Positions 48,809 through 49,058 of a stretch of DNA of 49,058 bases are shown piece by piece. Every line of letters starts with the position of its first letter. The first letter of the stretch is position 1. Under the pieces are notes generated by a model that was not told the origin of the DNA, did not search any database, and saw only the letters and a list, made by a program, of their open reading frames with translations. The stretch is taken from NCBI GenBank assembly GCA_001770205.1, contig MEQL01000037.1, positions 62,001-111,058 of the forward strand. Reading direction: 5' to 3'. Origin of the DNA: Bdellovibrionales bacterium RIFOXYD12_FULL_39_22. Its GTDB lineage: Bacteria; Bdellovibrionota; Bacteriovoracia; Bacteriovoracales; Bacteriovoracaceae. The position numbers and the translations under genes are program-made.

Positions 48809-49058
48809 ATTAATACCACAAAACCGCAACAACCATCTAGAATCATTAATCTAATTAGCACTTTCAAATGTATACTCTGAAATAAAATTAACTTTTTTCT
48901 ATTATTTCACTTGCAAATCCGTTTTTTATCATGATAGTATATACTCTGAAATGGCAACCTTGCAAAAAAGAAAAAGTCACGGCCAGAATTATTGGTACAT
49001 TGTGGAATCCCGCAGAGTGAATGGGAAGCCTCGCCCTGTAATGCTGGCATATCTTGGC
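48795..49058 (+). mobile_element. IS1634-family element, left end, runs off the window
   Basis: About 155 bp AT-rich leader with TATACTCTGAAAT twice, then a transposase start. The left boundary (CGCAAGTTTACTAA) is approximate. Confidence 0.7.
48951..49058 (+). CDS. IS1634-family transposase, N-terminus (partial)
   Basis: MATLQKRKSHGQNYWYIVESRRVNGKPRPVMLAYLG matches the IS1634 N-terminal Y...ES.R..GKPR...L..LG motif. Confidence 0.85.
   Translation, partial: MATLQKRKSHGQNYWYIVESRRVNGKPRPVMLAYLG

Overview
This is an AT-rich bacterial chromosome segment, most likely from a Bdellovibrionota predator of the Bacteriovoracia type. That placement is inferred from a RomR-type polarity regulator, a TIGR02147/DUF4423 protein, GGxxxGGG-leader secreted proteins and the gene order. 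Bases 1-42.5 kb are mostly core genome: LPS glycosyltransferases with an S8 protease; yceD-rpmF-fabD-fabG-acpP-fabF-glyA-nrdR-nusB; aroK, a REC/degenerate-GGDEF-like gene and mlaEFD, followed by a GYF_2 gene, tsaC and a methyltransferase; dciA; lptE-holA; rpsT; tRNA-Pro; rph-rdgB; birA; a tadC-DUF192-3xFHA-PP2C-romR cluster; nagZ; a PilZ-like gene; mreB; amn; an LpoA-like lipoprotein; grpE-dnaK-dnaJ. Bases 42.6-49 kb are a decaying accessory region. It holds a secreted protein with ADP-ribosyltransferase/OspC-like motifs, IS1595 and IS1634-like remnants, two broken RelE-type toxins, an intact antitoxin with a perfect 22-bp operator, a TIGR02147 gene divergent from a secreted metzincin, and an IS1634-type insertion that truncates a secreted-protein gene. 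The best leads are the Tad/FHA/PP2C/RomR module, the OspC-like secreted toxin candidate, the long beta-barrel-type MlaD coupled to a possible c-di-GMP effector, an unannotated 33-aa very basic protein, and strong window-wide GGCC over-representation. All family calls come from motif recognition by eye; no database searches were run.
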